Shown here one piece after another: positions 29,536-39,649 of a DNA stretch of 64,000 bases. Origin of the DNA: an uncultured delta proteobacterium (lineage in GTDB: Bacteria > Desulfobacterota > BSN033 > UBA1163). The number at the start of each line of letters is the position of its first letter. Position 1 is the first letter of the stretch. The position numbers were made by a program, and so were the translations under genes. The notes below the pieces were generated by a model, which searched no databases, was not told the origin of the DNA, and saw only the letters and a list, made by a program, of their open reading frames with translations. The DNA lies in the NCBI GenBank assembly GCA_963827685.1, contig CAWHBU010000003.1:1024001-1088000 (forward strand). Reading direction: 5' to 3'.

Positions 29536-30462
29536 TCACCTTACTCTGGGTTTCTTTTGACCCACCTTTAAAACGGCATGGCCGCCGAATTCCTGTCTGA
29601 GGGCGGCCAGAACTTTATCCGAAAAGGAATCTGTCTCACGGGAGCGGAATCGTTGGAAAAGCGAAGAGGCAATGACAGGAGCCGGGACAGCCGTATCGAT
29701 GGCCTGTTGAACTGTCCAGCGTCCTTCACCGGAATCTTCAACATAACCTGAAATGGACGAGAGACTTTTATCTTTCTTAAATGCAGCCTCTGCAAGCTCA
29801 AGAAGCCATGACCTTACCACACTGCCCTGGTTCCAAAGGTGGGCGATCTTCGCAAAATTCAGATCCTTTCCGTAAGGCGATGCCTTTATAATTTCAAAAC
29901 CCTCCCCATAGGCAGCCATCATGCCGTATTCGATCCCATTATGAACCATCTTTACAAAGTGTCCTGCCCCTGTTCCTCCGCAGTAAAGATATCCCTCCCT
30001 CGGGGCAAGGGTCTTGAATATGGGTTCGAGGTGCTTGTAGATTTTCTGGTCTCCTCCAACCATTAAGCAGTAGCCGATTTTGAGTCCCCAGATGCCTCCG
30101 CTCACGCCGGCATCCATGTACTGAATTCCATAGGCGCTGAGTTCCTGCTCATGACGAATATCATCTTTGTAATAACTATTTCCCCCATCGACAACAATAT
30201 CGCCCTTTTCAAGCAGGCCTCGGAGCTCCTTGATCTGCTCATCTACCGGTCTGCCTGCGGGAAGCATTAACCAGACGATTCGTGGAGGGTTAAGTTTATT
30301 AACCAGTTCTTCGAGCGAAAAAGCTCCTCTCGCACCTTCTTTGATGATCTCTTTGACACGATCTGGTGTGCGGTTATAGGCAATGACCTTTTGGCCTCCC
30401 TTGAGCAACCGTCTCACCATATTCATCCCCATCCGTCCTAAGCCTATCATCCCAATCTGCAT
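29536..30462 (-). CDS. gnd: 6-phosphogluconate dehydrogenase (short, decarboxylating)
   Basis: GLGRMG, DGGNS, GVSGG, VKMVHNGIEYG, DSGEGRWT. Confidence 0.95.
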   Translation of the reverse strand: MQIGMIGLGRMGMNMVRRLLKGGQKVIAYNRTPDRVKEIIKEGARGAFSLEELVNKLNPPRIVWLMLPAGRPVDEQIKELRGLLEKGDIVVDGGNSYYKDDIRHEQELSAYGIQYMDAGVSGGIWGLKIGYCLMVGGDQKIYKHLEPIFKTLAPREGYLYCGGTGAGHFVKMVHNGIEYGMMAAYGEGFEIIKASPYGKDLNFAKIAHLWNQGSVVRSWLLELAEAAFKKDKSLSSISGYVEDSGEGRWTVQQAIDTAVPAPVIASSLFQRFRSRETDSFSDKVLAALRQEFGGHAVLKVGQKKPRVR

Positions 30463-30598
30463 AAATCCTCCATGCTAAAGGGTTAAGCGAGTCTAGGATT
30501 CGGGGGTTCAAGGGAATGACGAAAAGCTGGGAGTCGACCTTGGAGCAGAAAAACTTGAACCCTCGACCCCTCGAATCCTTGAATCTTCTGCAAAACCC

Positions 30599-31738
30599 TT
30601 ACCGCGATAAAAATAAGTCCCTTTTCTTAGCGATTTCCTTTAAAAGGGAAAAGAATGAATCGGAAAAAAGCTGAACCCCCTCACGTTCCAGCTGGTCAGT
30701 CACATCGTTGATATCTATCCCAATCGACTTGAGTTCATCGAATAATCTCTCCGCCTCTTCAAGATGGCCGTTGATCGTTATCTTCGCCTGGCCATGGTCC
30801 TTGAAAGCCTTGAGGGTGGTTTCAATCATGGTGTTGATACTGTCAGGGGCAATTAACTCCTCCACATATTTAATATCGCTATACTTCGGGTTTTTTGTTC
30901 CTGTGCTCCCCCATAATATTCTTTGGGTGCGGCCACCTTTCTCTTTCAAGGTGAGAAAACGTTTCCCAGAAAAAATGGTCTTATATTTTTTATAAGCGAT
31001 TTTTGCATTGGCGACGGCTGCCTTTCCAAAAAGATTCGCCATTTTATCTTTTTCCCCCATTGAGGTTGCCGAGGAAAGCCGAGCTTCAAGAAGTTTATCT
31101 GCAAGCGTATCCACCCTGCTGACGAAGAAACTTGCCACGGAGGCGATGTCATTGATGGGTTGTCCTTGCCTCGATCTTCTTTCGAGCCCCTTGAGATAAG
31201 CCTCTGCTACTTCCTCATAACGCTCTGTCGAAAAGAGAAGCGTTACATTGACATTGACCCCTTCACTCGTCAGTTGTTCAATCGCAGGAAGCCCCTGTTT
31301 CGTCCCAGGGACTTTGACCAGTATGTTTTTTTTCCCGATGGTTGAAAACAGGCGCCTCGCTTCTGAAATGGTTGCAGGGGTGTCGTAGGCAAGATCGGGA
31401 GACACTTCGATGCTGACAAATCCATCTAGCCCGTTCGTTGACTGGTAAGTGGGCCATAGGATATCTGCCGCATGGGAGACATCTTCAATGGCTAAGCCAA
31501 GGAAAATTTCCTTTTCATCCTGAATCCCCTTATCCAGCATCCTTCGCATGGAAGCGTCGTAATCAAGGCTCCCGGAGATGGCTTTCTGGAAAATAGTTGG
31601 ATTGGAAGTGATCCCACTCATACCGTCTTCATCGATCAAACGCTTGAGTTCGCCCGAGTGGATGAGTTTTCTGCTCAGGTTGTCAAGCCAAATACTCTGC
31701 CCGAGTTCTTTAAGACCGATTAAAGGATTCTTTGGCAT
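30599..31738 (-). CDS. tal: Transaldolase
   Basis: GQSIWLD, TSNPTIF, VSIEVSP, VKVPGT, NVTLLFS, SFFVSRVD. Confidence 0.95.
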   Translation of the reverse strand: MPKNPLIGLKELGQSIWLDNLSRKLIHSGELKRLIDEDGMSGITSNPTIFQKAISGSLDYDASMRRMLDKGIQDEKEIFLGLAIEDVSHAADILWPTYQSTNGLDGFVSIEVSPDLAYDTPATISEARRLFSTIGKKNILVKVPGTKQGLPAIEQLTSEGVNVNVTLLFSTERYEEVAEAYLKGLERRSRQGQPINDIASVASFFVSRVDTLADKLLEARLSSATSMGEKDKMANLFGKAAVANAKIAYKKYKTIFSGKRFLTLKEKGGRTQRILWGSTGTKNPKYSDIKYVEELIAPDSINTMIETTLKAFKDHGQAKITINGHLEEAERLFDELKSIGIDINDVTDQLEREGVQLFSDSFFSLLKEIAKKRDLFLSR

Positions 31739-32225
31739 CGCTCACCTCCTCGTTGGTCTTCACCTTTTCTTTGAAGAATTCTCTCTCTATTTCACCGATC
31801 TTGCCGAGTCGACAACGGTGCCTTTCAGCCCCTGAAAATGAAGCAGATAACCAAACCTTGACAATATCTTTGGCGAGTTCAGGTCCTATCACTCTCGCCC
31901 CAAGGCAAAGGACATTCATGTCGTCATCCTCAACCCCTTGGTGGGCTGAAAAGGTATCATGACAGATAGCAGCACGGATGCCTGGAAACTTATTTGCTGC
32001 AACACAAGCGCCCACGCCACTCCCGCAGATGATGATTCCCCTTTCAGCCTTCTTGTGCAAAACCTCCTGAGCGACGGCTCTGGCATAGTCAGGATAGTCT
32101 ACGGGGGCGTCACTTTGAGTTCCAAGGTCCACAACCTCATCTCCGAGTTCTCGTAAAAACTCTATCAGGACTGTTTTTAAATGAAATCCACCATGGTCTG
32201 CAGCCATTGCAATTACCATTCTCAT
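31710..32225 (-). CDS. rpiB: Ribose 5-phosphate isomerase B
   Basis: ADHGG, DYPD, CGSGVG, ANK..GIRAA. Confidence 0.95.
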   Translation of the reverse strand: MRMVIAMAADHGGFHLKTVLIEFLRELGDEVVDLGTQSDAPVDYPDYARAVAQEVLHKKAERGIIICGSGVGACVAANKFPGIRAAICHDTFSAHQGVEDDDMNVLCLGARVIGPELAKDIVKVWLSASFSGAERHRCRLGKIGEIEREFFKEKVKTNEEVSDAKESFNRS

Positions 32226-34282
32226 TTCCCTTTCTTTCCTGTTAAAAGAGTCTTTGCCCTGTTCAGTATATTTATGGATGTAAAACCAAACTCCTGAAGG
32301 AGTTTCTTGCCAGGAGCGGACGCTCCAAAATGGTCGATACCCATTGCTTCACCTTCCGGCCCCACATATTTGTGCCAGCCATGCGTGGAGCCCGCTTCAA
32401 TAGACAGCCTTGCCGTGATATCGGGTGGAAACACTTCATGACGATAGTTTTCTGGTTGTTGTTCAAAAAGTTCCCAAGAAGGCATATTTACAAGGCGAGT
32501 CCTTATGCCTTCCGTTTTTAGCTTTTCATAAACATCAAGGGCAAGATGGACTTCTGATCCGGTTGCGATCAGGATGATCTCGGGCTTGCTGGACACAGGG
32601 TCAGCTAATATATACGCTCCTTTCCTCAGTCCAATGGGTGAACTAAATTTTTTTCTATCAATTACCGGGACATTCTGTCTCGTCAAAATGATGGCAACAG
32701 GTCCTTCTCTATGTCCAATCGCCATTTTCCATGCCTCGGCCGTTTCATTGGCATCGGCTGGCCTGATCACGGTCAAACCCGGCACAGCCCTTAGACTGGA
32801 AAGCTGCTCCACAGGCTGATGGGTGGGGCCGTCTTCTCCGAGGGCAATGGAATCATGGGTGAAGATATAGATCACATGGAGTTTCATCAAAGCCGCAAGC
32901 CTGATCGGAGGCCTCATGTAATCTGAAAAAATTAAAAAAGTGCTTCCAAAAGGGATTAACCCTCCATGAAGGGCCATCCCATTGAGGATACTTCCCATGG
33001 CATGTTCTCGTACCCCAAAGGCGATGTTTGCCCCCTCGTAGCCCCATGGACCAGTGACCGAGCCCTGAACGGTCTCATCACCGGACCCTGGACATTGAAA
33101 ATTGCCTTTCCCTTTCAACGCCGTATTGGTGGAAGGGTTTAAATCCGCCGAACCTCCGATTAAGAAGGGAAGATGGGAGGCCATTGCATTCATCACCTGA
33201 CCACCCGCGGAGCGCGTTGCCATCCCTTTAGGATCTGGAGAAAAAACAGGGATATCCCTCTCCCAGCCCTTTGGCAGCACTGAGTTCATCCATCGATCCC
33301 ACTCGATCCTAAGGTCTGGATAGGCCTTTCCGTATGACTCAAAATTTGCTTTCCATTCTGCTTCAAGCTGGGATCCTTTATTGAGTTCTTTCCTGAAAAA
33401 AGCAAGGGCCTCATCAGGCATATAAAACGTCGGTTCAAGAGGCCATCCAAGATTTTTCTTGGTGGCGATCACTTCCTCAGGCCCGAGAGGAGATCCGTGA
33501 GCCTCAAAAGTATCCTGCCTGCGAGGGCTGCCATAACCGATATGCGTCCTAATCGAAATGAGAGAAGGGCGGGACATTTCACCTCGGGCGGCTGTGATCG
33601 CCTTCGAAATGGCCGCCATGTCGTTTCCGTCTTCAACGGACTGTACATGCCAGCCGTACGCTTCGAAACGTTTCAACACATCCTCGCTGAAATTTAGCTT
33701 TATTTCTCCGGAGAGGGTCATGTGGTTATTATCATAGAGGTAAATCAGCTTGCCTAATTTAAGATGTCCGGCCAGCGATGCCGCCTCAGAGCCAACCCCT
33801 TCCATCAAATCTCCATCGCTGACGATGGCATAGGTGGTGTGATGAACGATCTCGTAGCCCGGACGATTAAATTTCGCAGCGAGGAAACGCTCAGCCATGG
33901 CCATGCCCACACCATTTCCAAAACCCTGTCCAAGAGGACCTGTGGTACATTCAACGCCCGGTGTCTCTTTATACTCAGGATGCCCTGGGGTCTTACTTCC
34001 CCATTGTCTGAATTGTTTCAATTCTTCTATCGGCAAATCATATCCTGTGAGATGTAAAAGAGAGTAAAGAAGGGCCGAGCCATGACCGGCCGAGAGGACG
34101 AAACGGTCGCGGTCAGGCCATTTTGGATCATTCGGGTTGTGTCTTAAAAATTGAGTCCACAATACATAGGCCATGGGGGCAGCGCCCATTGGCATTCCCG
34201 GATGCCCGGAGTTTGCTTGCTGGACCACGTCCACGGATAACATCCGAATGGTGTTGATACAGAGTTCGTCAAAGTCCTTCAT
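32222..34282 (-). CDS. tkt: Transketolase
   Basis: [38 protein letters not shown]. Confidence 0.97.
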   Translation of the reverse strand: MKDFDELCINTIRMLSVDVVQQANSGHPGMPMGAAPMAYVLWTQFLRHNPNDPKWPDRDRFVLSAGHGSALLYSLLHLTGYDLPIEELKQFRQWGSKTPGHPEYKETPGVECTTGPLGQGFGNGVGMAMAERFLAAKFNRPGYEIVHHTTYAIVSDGDLMEGVGSEAASLAGHLKLGKLIYLYDNNHMTLSGEIKLNFSEDVLKRFEAYGWHVQSVEDGNDMAAISKAITAARGEMSRPSLISIRTHIGYGSPRRQDTFEAHGSPLGPEEVIATKKNLGWPLEPTFYMPDEALAFFRKELNKGSQLEAEWKANFESYGKAYPDLRIEWDRWMNSVLPKGWERDIPVFSPDPKGMATRSAGGQVMNAMASHLPFLIGGSADLNPSTNTALKGKGNFQCPGSGDETVQGSVTGPWGYEGANIAFGVREHAMGSILNGMALHGGLIPFGSTFLIFSDYMRPPIRLAALMKLHVIYIFTHDSIALGEDGPTHQPVEQLSSLRAVPGLTVIRPADANETAEAWKMAIGHREGPVAIILTRQNVPVIDRKKFSSPIGLRKGAYILADPVSSKPEIILIATGSEVHLALDVYEKLKTEGIRTRLVNMPSWELFEQQPENYRHEVFPPDITARLSIEAGSTHGWHKYVGPEGEAMGIDHFGASAPGKKLLQEFGFTSINILNRAKTLLTGKKGK

Positions 34283-34929
34283 CTCGCCTTCCCCGCCTCG
34301 GACGCCATGAGTTGATGACCGAATTTTTTATAATTCTCTTCCGGGTTACCGAGGAATATTCTGCTTCCGACGCATACGCAATCGACTCCAATCTTGAAGA
34401 ACATTTGTAGATGATCTAAGGAAATTCCGCCATCGGCGGAAATAAGCTTGCTCGGAAAGATACGCCTTGCCTCTTCAATTTTCTTAAGAACATGATACTG
34501 AAAAGGACTCCCATAATAACCCGGATTAACGGTGAGAAACAACAATGTATCCACCTGTTCCGAGATCGACCTGAATCGATCGATTGGAGTCTCCGGCTTA
34601 ATGGCCAAACCAGGAGTGATTCCCCTCTCCTTCATCTGGTTTATGAAATCAAGATGATTGACATCCGATTCGAAGTGAAACATCACTTTCTTAAGTTGGG
34701 GGTTGCTTACCCCTCCCATGAGAGCCAGAGGATCCCTCACCATCAGGTGGATTTCGAAGGAGAGAGGAGTGCGGAGGTCTTTTATTTGTTCTGCAGGAAA
34801 GCTCTTGGATGGCACAAAAATGCCGTCCATCAGGTCAATTTGAACATAATGGGCAAAGGATTCCGCTTGCTTCAACATTCTAAGGCCGTCTTCGAATTTC
34901 TCCGCAAGGATAGCCGGTATGATCTTCAT
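34279..34929 (-). CDS. rpe: Ribulose-phosphate 3-epimerase
   Basis: [36 protein letters not shown]. Confidence 0.88.
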   Translation of the reverse strand: MKIIPAILAEKFEDGLRMLKQAESFAHYVQIDLMDGIFVPSKSFPAEQIKDLRTPLSFEIHLMVRDPLALMGGVSNPQLKKVMFHFESDVNHLDFINQMKERGITPGLAIKPETPIDRFRSISEQVDTLLFLTVNPGYYGSPFQYHVLKKIEEARRIFPSKLISADGGISLDHLQMFFKIGVDCVCVGSRIFLGNPEENYKKFGHQLMASEAGKAR

Positions 34930-34953
34930 CCCGTTATTTTGCTGCATGATTTT

Positions 34954-35049
34954 TTTCCCGACAAAGGGATAGTAAATATCTCTCAGGCAGTAATCCTGAT
35001 CAAAAGTGATAAGCAACGATCCATTTCCTACAGGGATATCACGGGGCAT
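34954..35049 (-). pseudogene. N-terminal remnant of a GH15 glucoamylase-like gene, in frame with rpe
   Basis: MPRDIPVGNGSLLITFDQDYCLRDIYYPFVGK resembles GH15 N-termini, not Rpe. Confidence 0.65.
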
Positions 35050-35160
35050 ATTTGATGAATCTCATTAAAGAGTGTTCAAAAACGAGATAGAATTTGGCAA
35101 ATTATTTTCCGGCTGCTTAGAAAAGAAATGAGGACAAAAGATAGCTCCGTTTCTTTACCT

Positions 35161-35478
35161 CTACTCGACGATTTTGACGCAATTCTGGCTTCCGAATACG
35201 TTGGGCACACAACCGGAACAAGAGGGGGCGTTCTCCCAGTTCCCATCCACCAGGAGACGATACTCATATCTCCCCGGCTTCAGGGAAAGGGTGGTTCGCC
35301 ATATTCCGTCCTTATCCTTTTTCATTGTGTTGGCATGGGTATCCCAACGATTGAACTCCCCCGCTATGTGAACCTCCTTTGCCTCCGGTGAGAGAAACTC
35401 AAATAGAACCTTTCTTGTCAGGACCTTGTCTTTTGTCTTACTCTCCTTTGCTCCTATCCTTCTTAGCATAACCTTCAC
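35161..35478 (-). CDS. Stand-alone glycogen-binding (CBM48/AMPK-beta-like) protein
   Basis: AKEVHIAGEFNRW, GIW...L.LKPGRYEYR..VDGNW, PNVFGSQN. Confidence 0.88.
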   Translation of the reverse strand: MKVMLRRIGAKESKTKDKVLTRKVLFEFLSPEAKEVHIAGEFNRWDTHANTMKKDKDGIWRTTLSLKPGRYEYRLLVDGNWENAPSCSGCVPNVFGSQNCVKIVE

Positions 35479-35569
35479 CTCCTTACTTTAGTAGTTCTTC
35501 ATATAAAGTTACACATCAACTATTTTTAGTAATTATGCCTGTCCATAAATTATGGTTTTCATAAGAAGT

Positions 35570-35689
35570 CGTCATTCCGGCGAAAGCCGGAATCCAGGGT
35601 TCCCGGTGAAAACCGGGACCCAGTCTTTGACATGGTTCCTGACTTTCGTCGGGACGACGTCTGGATGCCGGATCAAGTCCGGCATGACG
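35570..35689. repeat. CGTCATTCCGG...CCGGCATGACG palindromic repeat
   Basis: Terminal inverted arms with internal hairpins. Confidence 0.75.
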
Positions 35690-35876
35690 GAAAAGGCGCA
35701 TTTATAAATACACATTAATTATATAATGTCTTCTATTTAGTTGAAATAGTTTTTTTTTGAATGGGGTGGAAAAGGTATTTTTTGTTAGGAAATACAGTAT
35801 TTATACATGAAGGGAGCATGGTCTATGTTCACCCTGTCCCCTCACGAAAATCGCTCACGCACAGCCCGTGACCGGG

Positions 35877-37955
35877 TCATGACGCTTTCAGAATGACATT
35901 GGCATCCACGGCCAGAGGAATTCCTTTGTTGACCGCTAAGGGATTAATATCGATTTGCTCGATTTGAGGACAGGCCATGCCCACATTGCCCAAATTGACC
36001 AGGATATCCGCCATGACATCTTCTCTGAGAGGCGTCATCCCACGAAAGCCTTGTAAGAGGCGCTTATTACGAATTCGATGGATGAGTGTCAACGCGCTAT
36101 CCCTGTCCAAGGGGGCCATGGCAAACACCACATCTGGCTCAAGTTCTGAAAAGATTCCTCCCAGGCCGAACATCACACAAGGCCCGAATTGATCGTCCCG
36201 GATAAAGCCTGCTATCAGCTCATAGTCGGAATGAACCTCTTTCTGGACCAGGATTCTGCCACGATGATCGAGCTTTTCTTGAATATGATGAAACGCGGCC
36301 TCCAAGAGGGGCTTGCTCATGATCCCAAGCCGTACCAGCCCGCGTTCGGTCTTATGCGTCTCGCCGGGCATCAGTCCCTTTAAAACAACCGGCAAACCCA
36401 TCTTCCGGGCGGTCTTCCATGCCTGGTCAGGGCGCTGAACTATTTTTTCTTCCACCACCGGGATCTTCCAGTCAGAAAGGAATCTCTTACTGTCAAACTC
36501 ATCCCATATTTTTTCACCTGAGGGAAAGGGCGGTGTTTTAGGACCGGAGGGTGATGACGGCGTGACGGTCGTATCGGCCGTCTCCAGGCTGGGCTGGTGG
36601 CCACTAAATCGAGATGCTGCCCGCAAGCACTCGGCTATTCTGGAGACATCTTCATGAACCGGTATGCCAAGCGCTCTGGCCTCCCGACGGAATCGCTCGC
36701 ATCCTTCCCGAAGCCCCATCAGCCAGAAAAAGACCACCTTTCCAAATTGATCAGCCTTTTTCTTCAAAGCATCAAGCTCCAGAATACTTTCATCCAGTCC
36801 AGCTACAAAATGGATAAGGAGCACACCCACGTTGGGATCCTCCAAGACAGCAGGAATAACACGGCTAAAGGTGACCTCCCGGCCTCGTAAATTCACTGTA
36901 GGAAAAAGGTCTATGGGATTAGACACAGGCATCCAGTCAGGAAAGACCTCGCCGACCGCTTTCTTGGTCTGCTCTGAAAGTGACGCTACAGGAAGCCCGT
37001 GTCTTTCCAGGGCATCACAGGCAAGAACGCCCGCGCCACCGCTCAAGCTGAGGATGGCTGTCCGACAGTCAGGATCGACATGGGGGATCATCGCCAGGAC
37101 ATTGGCCATATCCATCATCTGATAGATGCTGTCGGCCAACGCGACGCCTGACATTTCCAAAACGCTATTCATCAGACGAGAGTTCCCTGAAAGGCTATGC
37201 GTATGGCTCTTTGCCGCCAGAGCGCCGGTTTCGCTGCTGCCTCCTTTCAAAATCACGATGGGTTTGGTCGATCGTTGAGCCATCTGGGCAAGGAGCCTTC
37301 CCCGGAGAACGGATTCCAAATACATGGCGATCACTTCGGTGTCGGGATCTTGCAACAAATATTCAAGGACATCACATTCGTCCACATCCGCCCTGTTCCC
37401 GATGGAACAAGCCTTTGCGATGCCGATGCCTCTTCGGCCCAACTCAGCAAGAAAAATGGCCGACATCATTCCACTCTGGACGATCAAAGAGATCCGACCC
37501 GGAAGCAGGCCTTCCGCACGCACACCTGGGTGCATAAAAGTAAAGAAATGACTTCGGTGAATATCCACGAGACCCATGCAATTGGGCCCCCAAAGTCGCA
37601 TGTTGTTCTGTTTTGCAATCGCGACGCACCGATCTTGTAGGGCCAAACCATCCTCGCCGGTTTCCGCAAACCCTGCGCTTTCAATGATCACCCTTCGGAT
37701 GCCTTTTGTAGCACACGCCTCCAAGACGGAGGGAACCGATGACGCCGGCACCAAGACGATGGCGAGGTCGATCGGGTGAGAGATGTCCTCCAAAGAAGGG
37801 AAACAGCGGAGCCCCTCAATCTCCTGGTAACTGCGATTGACCGGATAAATTTCTCCTTTGAACCCGACAAGCAGATTCCCGACCACAAAGTTTCCTATAT
37901 TTCGGTTGCTGGCTCCAACTACTGCGATCGAGTTAGGGTGAAAAAAAACATCCAT
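35877..37955 (-). CDS. ADP-forming acetate/acyl-CoA ligase (fused alpha/beta)
   Basis: IAVVGAS, GPNCMG, SHTHSL, NPIDL, HKTERGLV, FGLGGIF.E, IDINPL. Confidence 0.9.
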   Translation of the reverse strand: MDVFFHPNSIAVVGASNRNIGNFVVGNLLVGFKGEIYPVNRSYQEIEGLRCFPSLEDISHPIDLAIVLVPASSVPSVLEACATKGIRRVIIESAGFAETGEDGLALQDRCVAIAKQNNMRLWGPNCMGLVDIHRSHFFTFMHPGVRAEGLLPGRISLIVQSGMMSAIFLAELGRRGIGIAKACSIGNRADVDECDVLEYLLQDPDTEVIAMYLESVLRGRLLAQMAQRSTKPIVILKGGSSETGALAAKSHTHSLSGNSRLMNSVLEMSGVALADSIYQMMDMANVLAMIPHVDPDCRTAILSLSGGAGVLACDALERHGLPVASLSEQTKKAVGEVFPDWMPVSNPIDLFPTVNLRGREVTFSRVIPAVLEDPNVGVLLIHFVAGLDESILELDALKKKADQFGKVVFFWLMGLREGCERFRREARALGIPVHEDVSRIAECLRAASRFSGHQPSLETADTTVTPSSPSGPKTPPFPSGEKIWDEFDSKRFLSDWKIPVVEEKIVQRPDQAWKTARKMGLPVVLKGLMPGETHKTERGLVRLGIMSKPLLEAAFHHIQEKLDHRGRILVQKEVHSDYELIAGFIRDDQFGPCVMFGLGGIFSELEPDVVFAMAPLDRDSALTLIHRIRNKRLLQGFRGMTPLREDVMADILVNLGNVGMACPQIEQIDINPLAVNKGIPLAVDANVILKAS

Positions 37956-37999
37956 ATAAAATCCTCGTCTAAGTGATGCCCTCCGCTGTAGGGTCGGCC

Positions 38000-38665
38000 C
38001 TATCTTTGAAAATCCTGATGATTTGAAATCAGACTCAAGAGATCGAGATGGTCCTCGATAAAAAGGTCATTGGCAATCTCCCTATTTTTGTAGGCAACAA
38101 ATCTCACGCCTGAAGATTCAGCAGACTGTTTGTCCACCTCAGAATCTCCCACAAAAACAGCCTCCTCTTTTTTCAATTGAAAGGCTTCGATGATCTTCTC
38201 GATCGATTCAGGGTGAGGCTTAGGGTTTTTGACATCGAGGGCTGTCACCACCATCTCGAAATAAGGCCGGAGGTTGAATCTTTCCATAATATGTTCCATC
38301 GATGTCGTCCGGTTGGTATTAATGGCGCGGAGTATCCCTTTTCCTTTCAGTTTTTCCAAAATTTGAAATAGGTGGGGTTCCATCTTTAAGTACTCGACGT
38401 AATTTCTTAAATCGACCTGTTTCTCTCTCAAAATTTCTAATGCCTTCTTTTCCAGATCGTTTTCTCTCCCAAAAATGAAGTGGATCGCTTCAAAGACGGT
38501 GTGAATGTGAACGTATTGCATTTCTTCTTCCCTCAGAGGGCCTCTCCCCACCAAGGCACAGAGATCGTTATATAGCTTTGTGTTGGCTTCAAAGGAATCG
38601 AAGAGAACACCATCGCAGTCGTAGATCACACAACGAACCTTCCATTGAACTTTTTGAGTGCTCAT
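38000..38665 (-). CDS. HAD-family hydrolase (phosphoglycolate phosphatase-like)
   Basis: YDCDGVLFDS, KPHPE, VGDSEVD. Confidence 0.9.
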   Translation of the reverse strand: MSTQKVQWKVRCVIYDCDGVLFDSFEANTKLYNDLCALVGRGPLREEEMQYVHIHTVFEAIHFIFGRENDLEKKALEILREKQVDLRNYVEYLKMEPHLFQILEKLKGKGILRAINTNRTTSMEHIMERFNLRPYFEMVVTALDVKNPKPHPESIEKIIEAFQLKKEEAVFVGDSEVDKQSAESSGVRFVAYKNREIANDLFIEDHLDLLSLISNHQDFQR

Positions 38666-38858
38666 CTCCTCTTCTTATCTCCTCAAACTGTCTTTTACCT
38701 TAGCGTTCCAGAAAAACACCAAAACAGACTCGGTGGGGACACTGAGAAAGCCTTGTAGCGGAACCTTTTGAAAGCCAAGCACCATGGCTCATCGACTCAG
38801 ATGAACTTCACTCTTGGTGATGTCCTCAACAACCCTCTAAATTCTAATAAAACCCGCA

Positions 38859-39536
38859 TTACAAGGCTTTGGAAGTGTTCCCGCCGGGTCTGCCTAATGC
38901 GACTGTCATGTTTATTGGGCTCTCGGAAAGAAAACCCTCCTTCACCTCACCATGATTGGTGTGAAAGATCTTGGTTTCAGCATTCTTTTCGATCAGATAA
39001 AAGCAGCCGTTGCTCTGCTGCATCTTTAACATCTCCTCCGGTGGATAATTCATGAGAGCCCCGATCAGCATTTGATTGACCACCCTGTGACCAACAATTA
39101 AGATCTCCTCCCCTTTGTGGTTCTGAAGGATCTTCTCAACAAAAGGCCTGATGCGGTTAATGACATCCGTATAATTTTCTGCCTCCGGGATGCGGTAGGT
39201 GAAAGGGTTCTCCTTGAAGCGTTCCCATTCGCTCTTCACTTCTTCATCAGAATCAAGGATCTGCTTCCCTTCGAGAATACCGAAGGCGATTTCATCCAAT
39301 TCCGGTTGTCGTCGAATGGAAAGACCGAAGTGGCTTGCAATCGGTTGAGCGGTAAGAATGGATCGCTGTAGCGTGCTGGTATAAATGGCTGAGATGGGCC
39401 GGCCTTTGAGTTGCTCGAGCAATGCCTGGCTCTGGCCATGGCCCTTGGGACTCAGGTCAGGATCGCTTCGGCCCTGAATCCTCCCCTCCACATTCCATGT
39501 CGTCTCCCCATGCCTCGCAATGTAAATCTTAATCAA
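38859..39536 (-). CDS. Histidine phosphatase family protein
   Basis: RHGETTWN, S.LQR, EIAFG..EG, VGH. Confidence 0.9.
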   Translation of the reverse strand: MIKIYIARHGETTWNVEGRIQGRSDPDLSPKGHGQSQALLEQLKGRPISAIYTSTLQRSILTAQPIASHFGLSIRRQPELDEIAFGILEGKQILDSDEEVKSEWERFKENPFTYRIPEAENYTDVINRIRPFVEKILQNHKGEEILIVGHRVVNQMLIGALMNYPPEEMLKMQQSNGCFYLIEKNAETKIFHTNHGEVKEGFLSESPINMTVALGRPGGNTSKAL

Positions 39537-39562
39537 GGGGTAATCGCCCCGCGTCTGTAGTC

Positions 39563-39622
39563 TGTAGCGCCCCCATTTACTGGGGGCGAACGGTCTCTCG
39601 TCGGCAGTAAATGCCGACGCTA
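39563..39622. repeat. GTAG-type REP-like doublet
   Basis: GTAGCGCCCCCATTTACTGGGGGCG...CGTCGGCAGTAAATGCCGACGCTAC; second copy at 41796. Confidence 0.75.
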
Positions 39623-39649
39623 CTACGTTATTGATATTCCACCTTTGCC

